Both the position numbers and the translations under genes were made by a program. From Planctomycetota bacterium (GTDB lineage Bacteria; Planctomycetota; UBA1135; UBA2386), in assembly GCA_046290465.1 (NCBI GenBank), contig JBKAGP010000001.1, forward strand, positions 5,760,001 to 5,824,000: DNA of 64,000 nucleotides. The letters are read 5' to 3'. Positions 50,268 to 59,077 of this stretch are shown here, piece after piece; position 1 is the first letter of the stretch, and each line of letters starts with the position of its first letter. The notes beneath the pieces were generated by a model. That model ran no database searches. It had not been told where the DNA came from and saw nothing but the letters and a program-made list of their open reading frames with translations.

Positions 50268-51005
50268 CTACGGCTCGCGGTGCACGAAGTACGGGTTGGC
50301 CTGGTCGGTCGGCATCACCAGGATGTTGTCGAGGTTGACGTGCGCCGGTCGGTTGGCCGCGAACAGCACGCACTCGGCGACGTCGTCGGCGACCAGCGGC
50401 CGGGTGCCTTCGTAGACCTTCGCCGCCTTGTGCTCGTCGCCGCGGAAGCGCACGACCGAGAACTCGGTGTCGACCATGCCCGGATCGACGCTGGTGACGC
50501 GCACGTTCTTGCCGAGCGTCTCCATCCGGATCGCCTCGCAGATCGGCTGCAGCGCGCGCTTGCTGCCGCAGTAGACGCCGCCGCCGACGTAGGCCTTGTG
50601 GCCGGCGATCGAGCCGATCACGACCACGTGGCCGCCGCCGCTGGCGATCATCTGCGGCAGCACCCGGCGCGTGACCTCGAGCAGGCCGAGCACGTTGGTC
50701 TCGATCATCTCGCGCCAGGCCTCGCCGGTGCCTTCGGCGATCTGCTCGGTGCCGCGCGCCAGGCCGGCGTTGTTGACGAGCACGTCGATCGGGCCGTGCG
50801 CGGCGATCGCCGCGTCGACGAACGTCTGCACGCTGGCCGCGTCGGTGACGTCGAGTTGGTGGCAGAACGCGCCGTCGACGACCGCGGGCAGGCGATCGGT
50901 GCGGCGGGCGCCGAGGGACAAGCGGTCACCCTGGGCGGCGAACGCCCGGGCGCAGGCGGCACCGATGCCCGAGCTGGCACCGGTCACGACGACGTGTCGA
51001 CTCAT
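50268..51005 (-). CDS. NADP-dependent SDR oxidoreductase (YdfG-like)
   Basis: TGASSGIG, ARR, NNAG, GSIAG, YCGSK, PGMVDTEFS, PAHVN. Confidence 0.95.
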   Translation of the reverse strand: MSRHVVVTGASSGIGAACARAFAAQGDRLSLGARRTDRLPAVVDGAFCHQLDVTDAASVQTFVDAAIAAHGPIDVLVNNAGLARGTEQIAEGTGEAWREMIETNVLGLLEVTRRVLPQMIASGGGHVVVIGSIAGHKAYVGGGVYCGSKRALQPICEAIRMETLGKNVRVTSVDPGMVDTEFSVVRFRGDEHKAAKVYEGTRPLVADDVAECVLFAANRPAHVNLDNILVMPTDQANPYFVHREP

Positions 51006-51077
51006 GTCGTGAGACGGTAGCGCGATGTGGCGGTGAGGCGAGTTCCTTCAAGCCCCCGGCGCGGAACCGACGATGCC

Positions 51078-52040
51078 ATGGGCATGAGCTACCGCCTGAG
51101 CTACGACATCACCGACCCGCTGACGGGCAGCAAGCACCCGCTGGTGTTGTCCGGCGGAATGTGGCACGGCGACGCGATGCTCTACGAGTTCATGCTGCGC
51201 GACCACGGCCTGTCCGGCCGCATCGAGTGCGACTGGCGCAGCTCCGGGCCGCGCTACACGCTCGACCAGGGCGAGGTGACGGACGACGCGCAGCGCCGCG
51301 CGCTGGAGGCGGTGACGAACGCGCTGGCGCCGTTCTTCACCGGCACGTTCGTGGGCATGACCGACGAACAGCTGGCCGGGCTCTACCCCGGCGACTACCA
51401 CCAGGGCTCGGGCTACTGCGACGAGCAGAGCGAGGTCGAGAAGGAGCTGAAGGGCGCGATCGCCGAGATGGTCGTGCGCGCGCTGCTGCCGGAAAAGGTC
51501 CTCGACGCCGGCTGCGCCGGTGGCCTGCTGGTGCGCGAACTGCGCCAGCGCGGCGCCGACGCCTACGGCTTCGACCACTGCCCGGACCTGGCCGAGATCG
51601 CGGTGCCGGATGCGCGCCCGTTCGTGCGTCAGGGCTCCATCACCGACATCCCGTTCGGTCCCGAGCACGGCTTCGACACGCTGGTCTGCATCGACGTGTT
51701 CGAGCACGTGCCGGAGGACCGCGTGCCGCGCATGGTCGCCGAGTTCGACCGCCTCGGCGTGCAGAACCTCGCGGTGCACATCTCGCACACCGAGATCGAG
51801 CACTTCGGCCACATCACGCTGCGGCCGCTGTCGTGGTGGGACCAGCAGCTCGGCCCGAAGTTCCGTCGCGCCCAGGTCGCCGGCGACCAGCTGCTGGCGA
51901 TCCCGCGGCCGTGGGACCCCAAGCGCGTGCTGCGCATCTACCGCAAGGTCGAGGCGCCGATCGAGATCACGCCGGCGCGTCCGACGTCAGCAGCAGCACG
52001 ATCTGGCGCAGCTGCTCCAGCAGCGTCAGCACCGCGATGA
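51078..52040 (+). CDS. Class I SAM-dependent methyltransferase with unknown N-terminal domain
   Basis: VLDAGCAGG, GSITDIPF, IDVFEHVPE, HITLRPLSWW. Confidence 0.85.
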   Translation: MGMSYRLSYDITDPLTGSKHPLVLSGGMWHGDAMLYEFMLRDHGLSGRIECDWRSSGPRYTLDQGEVTDDAQRRALEAVTNALAPFFTGTFVGMTDEQLAGLYPGDYHQGSGYCDEQSEVEKELKGAIAEMVVRALLPEKVLDAGCAGGLLVRELRQRGADAYGFDHCPDLAEIAVPDARPFVRQGSITDIPFGPEHGFDTLVCIDVFEHVPEDRVPRMVAEFDRLGVQNLAVHISHTEIEHFGHITLRPLSWWDQQLGPKFRRAQVAGDQLLAIPRPWDPKRVLRIYRKVEAPIEITPARPTSAAARSGAAAPAASAPR

Positions 52041-52731
52041 CCAGCACGACGCGGCGCACCGCGTTGGCGCCCTGCTTGACGCTCCACTTGCTGGCGAGGT
52101 AGCTGCCGGCGGCGCAGCCGACCGCCAGCGAGATCGCCGGCGTCCACGTGATCGCGCCCGCGATCGTCAGGCTGGTGGCACTGGTGATCGCGGTGACGAT
52201 GACGACGATCGACTTGGCCGCGTTGACCGACAGCAGGTCGCGGTCGTAGGCCTTCGACAGCACCAACGCGGCGACCAGGCCGGTGCCGACCTGCACGTAG
52301 CCCATGTGCAGGCCGATGAAGAAGCAGCCGAGCGCGCGCTGCCAGAACGGGCTCGGCGTCGTGCTCGCGCGGATCGGCCGCAGCTGCTGGCGGAGCAGCA
52401 GCAGCATCACGACGACCAGATAGCTGCGGAAAACCAGCGGCGGCAGCCCGAGCGCCAGCTGGGCGCCGAGCAGCGCGCCGGGCAGCGCCAGCAGCGCCTG
52501 CGAGAACGCCTGCTTGGGGATCTTGCGGCCCGCGAACACGAAGCCGAGGCACGCGAACGTGCCGACCGCGACGGCGGCGATGCGCGTCGACGGGTTGGCG
52601 GTCTCGAGCGGCAGGTCGAACAGGTATTCGAACGCCATCAACCCGAGCACGCCGGCGCCGCCCGCGATGTTGTTGATCGCGCCCATCGCGACGCCCGCGA
52701 CGACGGTCAGCGCGATCGGCAGCAGGTCCAC
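51967..52731 (-). CDS. Sulfite exporter TauE/SafE family permease
   Basis: GAINNIAGGAG, GYVQVGTG, NAAK; about 8 TM segments. Confidence 0.9.
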   Translation of the reverse strand: MDLLPIALTVVAGVAMGAINNIAGGAGVLGLMAFEYLFDLPLETANPSTRIAAVAVGTFACLGFVFAGRKIPKQAFSQALLALPGALLGAQLALGLPPLVFRSYLVVVMLLLLRQQLRPIRASTTPSPFWQRALGCFFIGLHMGYVQVGTGLVAALVLSKAYDRDLLSVNAAKSIVVIVTAITSATSLTIAGAITWTPAISLAVGCAAGSYLASKWSVKQGANAVRRVVLVIAVLTLLEQLRQIVLLLTSDAPA

Positions 52732-52733
52732 GT

Positions 52734-53723
52734 CTAGTTGCCCAGCAGGTCCTGGACCATCTCGCGCTCACCGACCAGTTCGTTCCAGGTCGCCTGCGCC
52801 TTCTCCTTGGAGAAGTCGTTCATCTCGAGTCCCTGCACGATCTTCCAGTTGCCGTTGCCGTCCGTGGTGCACGGGAACGACGAGATGATGCCCTCGGGCG
52901 TGCCGTAGCTGCCGTCGCTGACGACGCAGATCGACGCCCAGTCGTCCTCGGAGGTGACCGAGTAGAGGCTCTTGGCGTGGTCGCAGGCGGCCTGCGCAGC
53001 CGACATCGCCGACGACTTGCCGCGCGCGTTGATGATCGCCTTGCCGCGCTCCTGCACGGTCGGGATGAACTCGCCCTTCAGCCAGGCGTCGTCGCCGATG
53101 GCCTGCGCCGCCGGCACGCCGTCGATGGTGGCGTGGTGCCAGTCCGGGTACTGGGTGTTGGAGTGGTTGCCCCAGATCGTGACGTTCTTGACCGACGACC
53201 AGTGCTTGCCGGCCTTCAGCGCCAGCTGCGCCTTGGCGCGGCTCTGGTCGAGGCGGGTCATCGCCGAGAAGCGATCCTGCGGCACGCCCTTGGCGTTGTG
53301 CATCGCGATCAGGCAGTTGGTGTTGCACGGGTTGCCGACGACCACCACGCGCACGTCCGGGCCGGCGGCCTCGGCGATCGCCTGGCCCTGGCCGATGAAG
53401 ATCTTGCCGTTGTCCTGCAGCAGGTCCTTGCGCTCCATGCCCGGCCCGCGCGGCTTGCTGCCGACCAACAGGCAGGTGTCGGCGTCCCGGAACGCGACCT
53501 TCGGGTCGTCCGAGCAGGTGACGTCGGCGAGCAGCGGGAACGCGCAGTCGTGCAGCTCCATCTTGACGCCTTCGAGCGCACCGAGCGCCGGCGTGATCTC
53601 GAGGAGCTGCAGGGCGACCTTCTGGTCGGGGCCGAAGATGCCGCCGCTGGCGATCATCGGCAGCAGGGAGTATCCGATCTGTCCGGCGGCTCCGGTCACC
53701 GCCACGCGCTTCACATTGCTCAT
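52734..53723 (-). CDS. mdh: Malate dehydrogenase (type 2)
   Basis: [49 protein letters not shown]. Confidence 0.97.
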   Translation of the reverse strand: MSNVKRVAVTGAAGQIGYSLLPMIASGGIFGPDQKVALQLLEITPALGALEGVKMELHDCAFPLLADVTCSDDPKVAFRDADTCLLVGSKPRGPGMERKDLLQDNGKIFIGQGQAIAEAAGPDVRVVVVGNPCNTNCLIAMHNAKGVPQDRFSAMTRLDQSRAKAQLALKAGKHWSSVKNVTIWGNHSNTQYPDWHHATIDGVPAAQAIGDDAWLKGEFIPTVQERGKAIINARGKSSAMSAAQAACDHAKSLYSVTSEDDWASICVVSDGSYGTPEGIISSFPCTTDGNGNWKIVQGLEMNDFSKEKAQATWNELVGEREMVQDLLGN

Positions 53724-53772
53724 GGACCCATCGCAAACGGCGGGGGCCGCGCTTTCAAGCGGGACGTGCGGC

Positions 53773-54072
53773 TCAGGCCTCGTCGGAGCCCATCGCGACC
53801 ACGCGGTTCTCGACCAGCGGCGCCAGTTCCTCGTCCAGCACGCGCCGGTACTCCGGATGGCGCAGGAAGATCTCGCAGGCCTCCTTGCTCTCGAACCCCG
53901 AGAACAGCGCCAGGTTGTAGCCCTGGCTCTCGGTCGCGACGTTGTGGGTGACCGTCAGGTGGTCGACCCCGGGCATCGTCTCGATCAGCGCCTGCAGCGC
54001 CTCGCGGGCCGAGCGGACCTTGTCCAGCGAGATGCCGGGCTTCAGCGCGAACAGGATGGTGCAGTGGAACAT
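53773..54072 (-). CDS. Dabb (stress-responsive A/B barrel) family protein
   Basis: HCTILFALK...L..MPGV...F.S......F..HPEY; start ATG 54072. Confidence 0.82.
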   Translation of the reverse strand: MFHCTILFALKPGISLDKVRSAREALQALIETMPGVDHLTVTHNVATESQGYNLALFSGFESKEACEIFLRHPEYRRVLDEELAPLVENRVVAMGSDEA

Positions 54073-54163
54073 CGTCGGTCCGGGATCGTCGGGGCGCACC
54101 CGTTCGCACGCAAGCCCGCGGTGGCGCGGCCGGTACGTGAAGACGGGCCGCGACGCGCAGAGC

Positions 54164-54204
54164 GTCATGGCCCGTGTGTCATGGCCCGGTGTGTCGTGGC
54201 CCGT
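54164..54204. repeat. Three short tandem repeats GTC(A/G)TGGCCCG
   Basis: Copies start at 54164, 54178 and 54193; inverted ACGGGCC at 54143-54149. Confidence 0.6.
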
Positions 54205-54225
54205 TCTGGTGCGCGGCCGTGGCGT

Positions 54226-54657
54226 TCAGGCGCCCTTGGCCACGCGCAGCGGTCGTCGCTGGTGCTCTTCTTCGCCACATGGGTGGCCGAAGCAGACGGC
54301 GTCTTCGCCTTCCTGCCAGCAGAAGACGACGTCCTGGCTCTGGTCGCCGGCGATGCGATTCGTCGGCAGGCTGCGGCCCGGGATGTGGACCGTCAGCGGG
54401 TTGGTTCGCAGCACGGTCAGCCCGAGATCCTCGAGCTCGTGCCGGCAGTTGTAGAGAGCCTCGTCGTGCTCCCAGATCCGCGCGTCGAGCTCGGCGAGCT
54501 CACTGCGCAGTCCCTCGGGGGTCTCCGCCGATTCGAGAAGTTCCCGTCGGCGCGCCAGGCCGCGGCGCTCGTTGCGCCGCTCGAGCATCTCGGCGGCGAT
54601 CACTCGCACCAGCTTCAGGACCTCGTTGGCTTCCTTCAGGGTGTAGCGGACGTTCAT
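54226..54657 (-). CDS. DUF2203 family protein
   Basis: YTLKEANEVL, ELEDLG, VFCWQEGE, HPCGE...RRPL; strong AAGGAGG Shine-Dalgarno. Confidence 0.85.
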   Translation of the reverse strand: MNVRYTLKEANEVLKLVRVIAAEMLERRNERRGLARRRELLESAETPEGLRSELAELDARIWEHDEALYNCRHELEDLGLTVLRTNPLTVHIPGRSLPTNRIAGDQSQDVVFCWQEGEDAVCFGHPCGEEEHQRRPLRVAKGA

Positions 54658-54811
54658 TTGGGGCCTCCTTTCGGTGGGCAGTTCTCGGAGCCCAGTGCTA
54701 CGAGACAGTCGTAAGAACGTGCGTTCGACGGTCTTCGTTGCAGTCAACTCCTGCTGATCTGTAGTGTGACGGCCCGCATCGGTTACCAAGCCGAGCGCGA
54801 ACGAAAGTCTC

Positions 54812-56530
54812 ATGACGGAACGCGATGTAATGGATTTCGATGTCGTGATCGTCGGCGGGGGACCCGCCGGCCTGAGCACGGCCATCCACCTGTCCAATTT
54901 GATCGAGCGGCACAACGCCGAGGTCGACAGCTCGGGGGAGGGCGAGAAGCTCGAACCCGAGATCTGTCTGATCGACAAGGCCGCTGAGATCGGGGCGCAC
55001 TCGCTGTCCGGCGCCGTCATGGATCCCAAGGCGCTCGACCAGCTGATGCCCGACTGGCGCACGATGGAGCCGAAGGCGCCGGTCGAGGCCGAGGTGCACG
55101 ACGACTACGTGCTGTGGCTGTCCGAGAAGGGCGGCAGCAAGCTGCCGATCACACCGCCGCCGCTGAAGAACCACGGCAACTACGTGGTCTCGCTCAACAA
55201 GCTGGTGCAGTGGCTCGGCGGCATCGCCGAGGAGAAGGGCATCCAGGTGTTCCCGGGCTTCCCTGCCGCGAAGCTGCAGCGCGACGGCAAGGTCGTGCAG
55301 GGTGTGCAGCTCGCCGACACCGGCGTCGACAAGAACGGCGAGCACAAGGGCAGCTACGAGGCCGGCGGCATCCTCGCCGCCAAGATGACGGTGCTGACCG
55401 AGGGCACGCGCGGCTCGCTGACCAAGCAGCTGGTCGAGGATCTCGACTTGCACGGCAAGAACCCGCAGGTCTACGGCATCGGCGTCAAGGAGGTCTGGGA
55501 GGTCCCGGCCGGCCAGTGCGCGCCGGGTCTGGTCGTGCACACGATGGGCTACCCGCTCGATTCCAAGACGTTCGGCGGCGGCTGGATCTACGGCATGGGC
55601 GAGACGAGCGAGGGCAGGAACCTCGTCTCCGTCGGCATCGTCGTCGGCCTCGACGCGCGCGATCCGACGCTTGACGGCCACCGCAAGCTGCAGGAGATGA
55701 AGCTCAACCCGAAGGTCGCGGCGTTCCTGAAGGGCGGCAAGATGCTGCACTACGGGGCCAAGTCGCTGCCCGAGGGCGGCCTCTACTCGATGCCGAAGAA
55801 CTACGGCGACGGCTTCCTGATCGCCGGCGACAGCGCCGGCTTCATGAACAGCATGCGCCTCAAGGGCATCCACCTGGCGATGCGCAGCGGCATGCTCGCC
55901 GCCGAGACGACGTTCGAGGCGCTGAAGAAGGGCGACTTCTCGGAGGCGACCACCAAGGGCTACGCCGACGCCATCAAGAACGACTGGGCGCACGACGAGC
56001 TGTGGAAGTGCCGCAACTTCCACCAGGGCTTCCACAAAGGGCGCCTGTCGGGCCTGATCAACGCCGGCTTCGCGCAGCTGTTCGGTGGCAAGGGCGCGTG
56101 GTTCTCGGATGAGCTGAAGAGCAACGCCGGCCACACCTACATGCAGAAGGTCTCGGACTACTTCGGCGGCAAGGGCAAGCCCGAGCAGAAGAAGCTGCCC
56201 GAGGACGGCACGCTGACCTTCGACAAGCTGACCTCGGTCTACAGCTCGGGCACGATGCACGAGGAGGACCAGCCGTGCCACCTGGTGGTCAGCGAGCCCG
56301 ACCTGTGCTCGACGCGGTGCGTCGAGGAGTTCGGCAACCCGTGCCAGCACTTCTGTCCGGCGGCGGTCTACGAGATGGAGGAGAAGGCCGGCACCAGCCA
56401 CGGCATCGACCTCAAGATCAACGCGTCGAACTGCGTGCACTGCAAGACGTGCGATATCCTCGACCCCTACCAGGTGATCAACTGGGTCACGCCGGAAGGC
56501 GGGGGTGGCCCGAACTACACCAACCTGTAG
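54812..56530 (+). CDS. Electron transfer flavoprotein-ubiquinone oxidoreductase
   Basis: DVVIVGGGPAG, GAHSLSGA, GIGVKEVW, KGIHLAM, HEEDQPCHL, FCPAAVYE, NCVHCKTCDI, PEGGGGPNY. Confidence 0.97.
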   Translation: MTERDVMDFDVVIVGGGPAGLSTAIHLSNLIERHNAEVDSSGEGEKLEPEICLIDKAAEIGAHSLSGAVMDPKALDQLMPDWRTMEPKAPVEAEVHDDYVLWLSEKGGSKLPITPPPLKNHGNYVVSLNKLVQWLGGIAEEKGIQVFPGFPAAKLQRDGKVVQGVQLADTGVDKNGEHKGSYEAGGILAAKMTVLTEGTRGSLTKQLVEDLDLHGKNPQVYGIGVKEVWEVPAGQCAPGLVVHTMGYPLDSKTFGGGWIYGMGETSEGRNLVSVGIVVGLDARDPTLDGHRKLQEMKLNPKVAAFLKGGKMLHYGAKSLPEGGLYSMPKNYGDGFLIAGDSAGFMNSMRLKGIHLAMRSGMLAAETTFEALKKGDFSEATTKGYADAIKNDWAHDELWKCRNFHQGFHKGRLSGLINAGFAQLFGGKGAWFSDELKSNAGHTYMQKVSDYFGGKGKPEQKKLPEDGTLTFDKLTSVYSSGTMHEEDQPCHLVVSEPDLCSTRCVEEFGNPCQHFCPAAVYEMEEKAGTSHGIDLKINASNCVHCKTCDILDPYQVINWVTPEGGGGPNYTNL

Positions 56531-56620
56531 TCCGCTCGCCCGCCGCGCAGGTGGTTGGCGATCGGCCCGGGTGATTCACCTCGCTCGCAGCGCCCGCCCT
56601 CGTTCGACTGCGCAGCGGGG

Positions 56621-56725
56621 GAAAAGAAGGCGACGGTCGGGATCTCCATTCTCAGCTATCGGTTCTCGCCTGGACGCGGTGCTCTCCAACACCGCGCCTG
56701 CTCCGCGACCGTCGCCTGTCCTTCA
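56621..56725 (-). ncRNA. Candidate structured small RNA between convergent genes
   Basis: Perfect 12-bp closing stem 56628-56639 / 56706-56717; inner 7-bp hairpin 56675-56696; followed by TCTTTT on the minus strand. Confidence 0.35.
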
Positions 56726-56796
56726 GAGGCGGAAAGCAGCCGGAAACGAACGTAGGAACTTCGATTTTTTTCGGCTGCCGGCGAGGCCCACCGGGA

Positions 56797-57486
56797 TCAG
56801 CGCTGCCCGGTCGCCTGGGATCGGTGCACCAGCAGCTCCAGCGGCCCGGCGTCCTGGCGCCGGCGCACGATCGCGTGGCCGAGTTCCGCGACCTCGTCGT
56901 CGCCCAGCATCAGCGGTGCTGCGAACGCCGCGACGAACTCCGCGGCCGAAGGCGCCCGCAGCAGGTGCGAGCCCAGCGAGGTCTGCACGTTGCGCAGGTT
57001 GGCATCCCGCAGTGCGTCGACCAGCTCGACGTCCGACGGCCCCGTGATCGGTCCGAGCCGCTCCTCGTCCCAGCCGAGTTCGAGCCACGCCGCGCGCAGG
57101 TCCGGCAGCATGTCGGCAGCGGGCAGGTCGGCGACGAAGCGGCCGCCCGGCCGCAGGTTGTGGCGCAGCAGTTCGCCGTAGCGCTCGGCCGGCAGCACCG
57201 GGCCCGTATGGGGCGCGACCAGCACCGAGTCGAACGTGCCGAACGTCTCGCTGCCGTCGGTGTCGTGCGCCAGCACGCGCAGCTGCGACAGCGCGCGCGC
57301 GGCGAGTTCCTCTGCCTGCTGGCGGTCGTGCAGCGTCACCGTCAGCTCTCCGGCGTTGCCGATCGCGGCGCGCAGCGCGACCACGTCCTGCAGCCGTGGT
57401 TCCAGCGCCAGCACGCGGTTGCCCTTGCGCAGCTCGAGTCGTTCGAGCGCGCTGTCGAACCACGGCGTCGCGAGCTCGGCGTGCAT
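56797..57486 (-). CDS. Methyltransferase-fold protein with degenerate SAM motif
   Basis: LELRKGNRVLAL, GTFDSVL, NLRPGGRFV outline; no GxG motif. Confidence 0.6.
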   Translation of the reverse strand: MHAELATPWFDSALERLELRKGNRVLALEPRLQDVVALRAAIGNAGELTVTLHDRQQAEELAARALSQLRVLAHDTDGSETFGTFDSVLVAPHTGPVLPAERYGELLRHNLRPGGRFVADLPAADMLPDLRAAWLELGWDEERLGPITGPSDVELVDALRDANLRNVQTSLGSHLLRAPSAAEFVAAFAAPLMLGDDEVAELGHAIVRRRQDAGPLELLVHRSQATGQR

Positions 57487-57538
57487 GGGGGCAGCCTACC
57501 CTTTCGCGACGGTTGCTCTAAGGCAACAATCGGCGCGG

Positions 57539-59077
57539 GTGCGCACGGATCCGAGACAGCTACACGAGCGCAAGTTCGACCTCGTCGTCGTCGGCGCCGG
57601 GATCCAGGGTGCGGCGATCGCGCGCGATGCCGCCGTGCGCGGCCTCGACGTGCTGCTGGTCGACGCCCGCGACGTCGCCGCCGGCACCAGCTCGCGCAGC
57701 AGCCGGCTGGTGCACGGCGGCCTGCGCTACCTGCGCCACGGCCACTTCGCGCTGGTCCGCGAGGCGCTGCACGAGCGCGAACGGCTGCTGCGGCTCGCCC
57801 CGCACCTGGTCCGGCCGCTGCCGATGCTGGTGCCGTTCTTCGGCGACAGCTCGGTCGGTCGCTGGCAGCTGCGGCTCGGAACCTGGCTCTACTCGCGGCT
57901 GGCCGGCCGCTCGACGCTGCCGCGGCCGGAGACCAAGACCGCGGCGCAGGCGCTGGCGGCGTTTCCGGGGCTGCGCGAGCGCGGCCTGCGGTCGGGGCTG
58001 TTGTTCTTCGACGCGCGCACCCAGGACGGCCGCCTGACGCTGGCCAACGTGCGCGACGCGGTGCGGGCCGGCGCCGTCTTCTGCAACCGGGTGCGGGCCG
58101 TCGGCTGCGACGATCGAGGCGTGCGCCTTTGCGCCGGTGGGGACGAACTCACGGTGCGCTGTGCCGAGGTCGTCAACGCGACCGGTCCGGCGGTCGACCC
58201 GCTGCGCCGCGCGCTCGGCGTCGATGGCGACGAGCTGGTGCGCACCAGCCGCGGCAGCCACGTCGTGCTGCCGCCGCGGGCCGGCGAACTGTCGCTGTGC
58301 GCGTTCCTGCCCGACCAGCGCATCCAGTTCGTGGTCCCGCACGACGGCGGCACGCTGTGCGGCACCACCGACGTCGACGACCACCTGGTGTGCGACGAGG
58401 GGCCGCCGCCCGCCGTCGACCTCGACTACCTGTGGGAGGCGCTCGGCTACCTGCTCGAGCCGCCGCCGCAGCCCGACGACGTGCGGTTCGCCTACTGCGG
58501 CTGGCGGGCGCTGCCCAACACCGAGGGACCGCCGGGGGCGCTCAATCGCGAGGGGTTCGTCGTCGGCGAGCGCATCGCCTGCGGCCGGCTGCACACCGTC
58601 GTCGGCGGCAAGCTGACGACGCATCGCTCGTTCGCCGAACGCGCGGTCGCGGCGATGTTCGGGCTCGACCCCGTCTCGCCGACGCGCGACCGGACGCTGC
58701 CCGGTGGCGACGGGCCGCGCGAGGTCGACGATCCGCTGTGGTGGCGCCACGGCAGCCTGGTGCGCGAGCTGCGCGCGCAGATCCGGATGCAGCCCGACCT
58801 CGCCGAGCCGCTCTGCCCGCACCGGCCGCTGCTGGCAGCGGAGCTGGTGCACGCGGTCGCCAACGAGGGTGCGGCTACGTTCGCCGACGCGGTCCTGCGC
58901 CGGCTGATCGACGTGCGCGGGCCGTGCGTCGAACCGGCGTGCCTGCAGCGGGCGCTCGAGGTGTTCGCGCGGGCCGGGGGCGTCGTGGATGATGCGGCTG
59001 CCGAGGTCGCTGCCGTGCACGCCGAACTGCTGCAGCTCACCGGCGACCTGGAGTCCTGGCGACGACGACAACCGTGA
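57539..59077 (+). CDS. glpD: FAD-dependent glycerol-3-phosphate dehydrogenase/oxidase
   Basis: VVGAGIQG, GTSSRSSRLVHGGLRYL, APHLVRPL, VNATG, RGSHVV, GTTD, GGKLTTHR. Confidence 0.9.
   Translation: MRTDPRQLHERKFDLVVVGAGIQGAAIARDAAVRGLDVLLVDARDVAAGTSSRSSRLVHGGLRYLRHGHFALVREALHERERLLRLAPHLVRPLPMLVPFFGDSSVGRWQLRLGTWLYSRLAGRSTLPRPETKTAAQALAAFPGLRERGLRSGLLFFDARTQDGRLTLANVRDAVRAGAVFCNRVRAVGCDDRGVRLCAGGDELTVRCAEVVNATGPAVDPLRRALGVDGDELVRTSRGSHVVLPPRAGELSLCAFLPDQRIQFVVPHDGGTLCGTTDVDDHLVCDEGPPPAVDLDYLWEALGYLLEPPPQPDDVRFAYCGWRALPNTEGPPGALNREGFVVGERIACGRLHTVVGGKLTTHRSFAERAVAAMFGLDPVSPTRDRTLPGGDGPREVDDPLWWRHGSLVRELRAQIRMQPDLAEPLCPHRPLLAAELVHAVANEGAATFADAVLRRLIDVRGPCVEPACLQRALEVFARAGGVVDDAAAEVAAVHAELLQLTGDLESWRRRQP

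Noticed and set aside
56720..56750. SRP RNA (GGAAAGCAGC resembles the SRP loop region)
   Set aside because: The conserved CAGG...GNRA...AGCAG helix arrangement is not present
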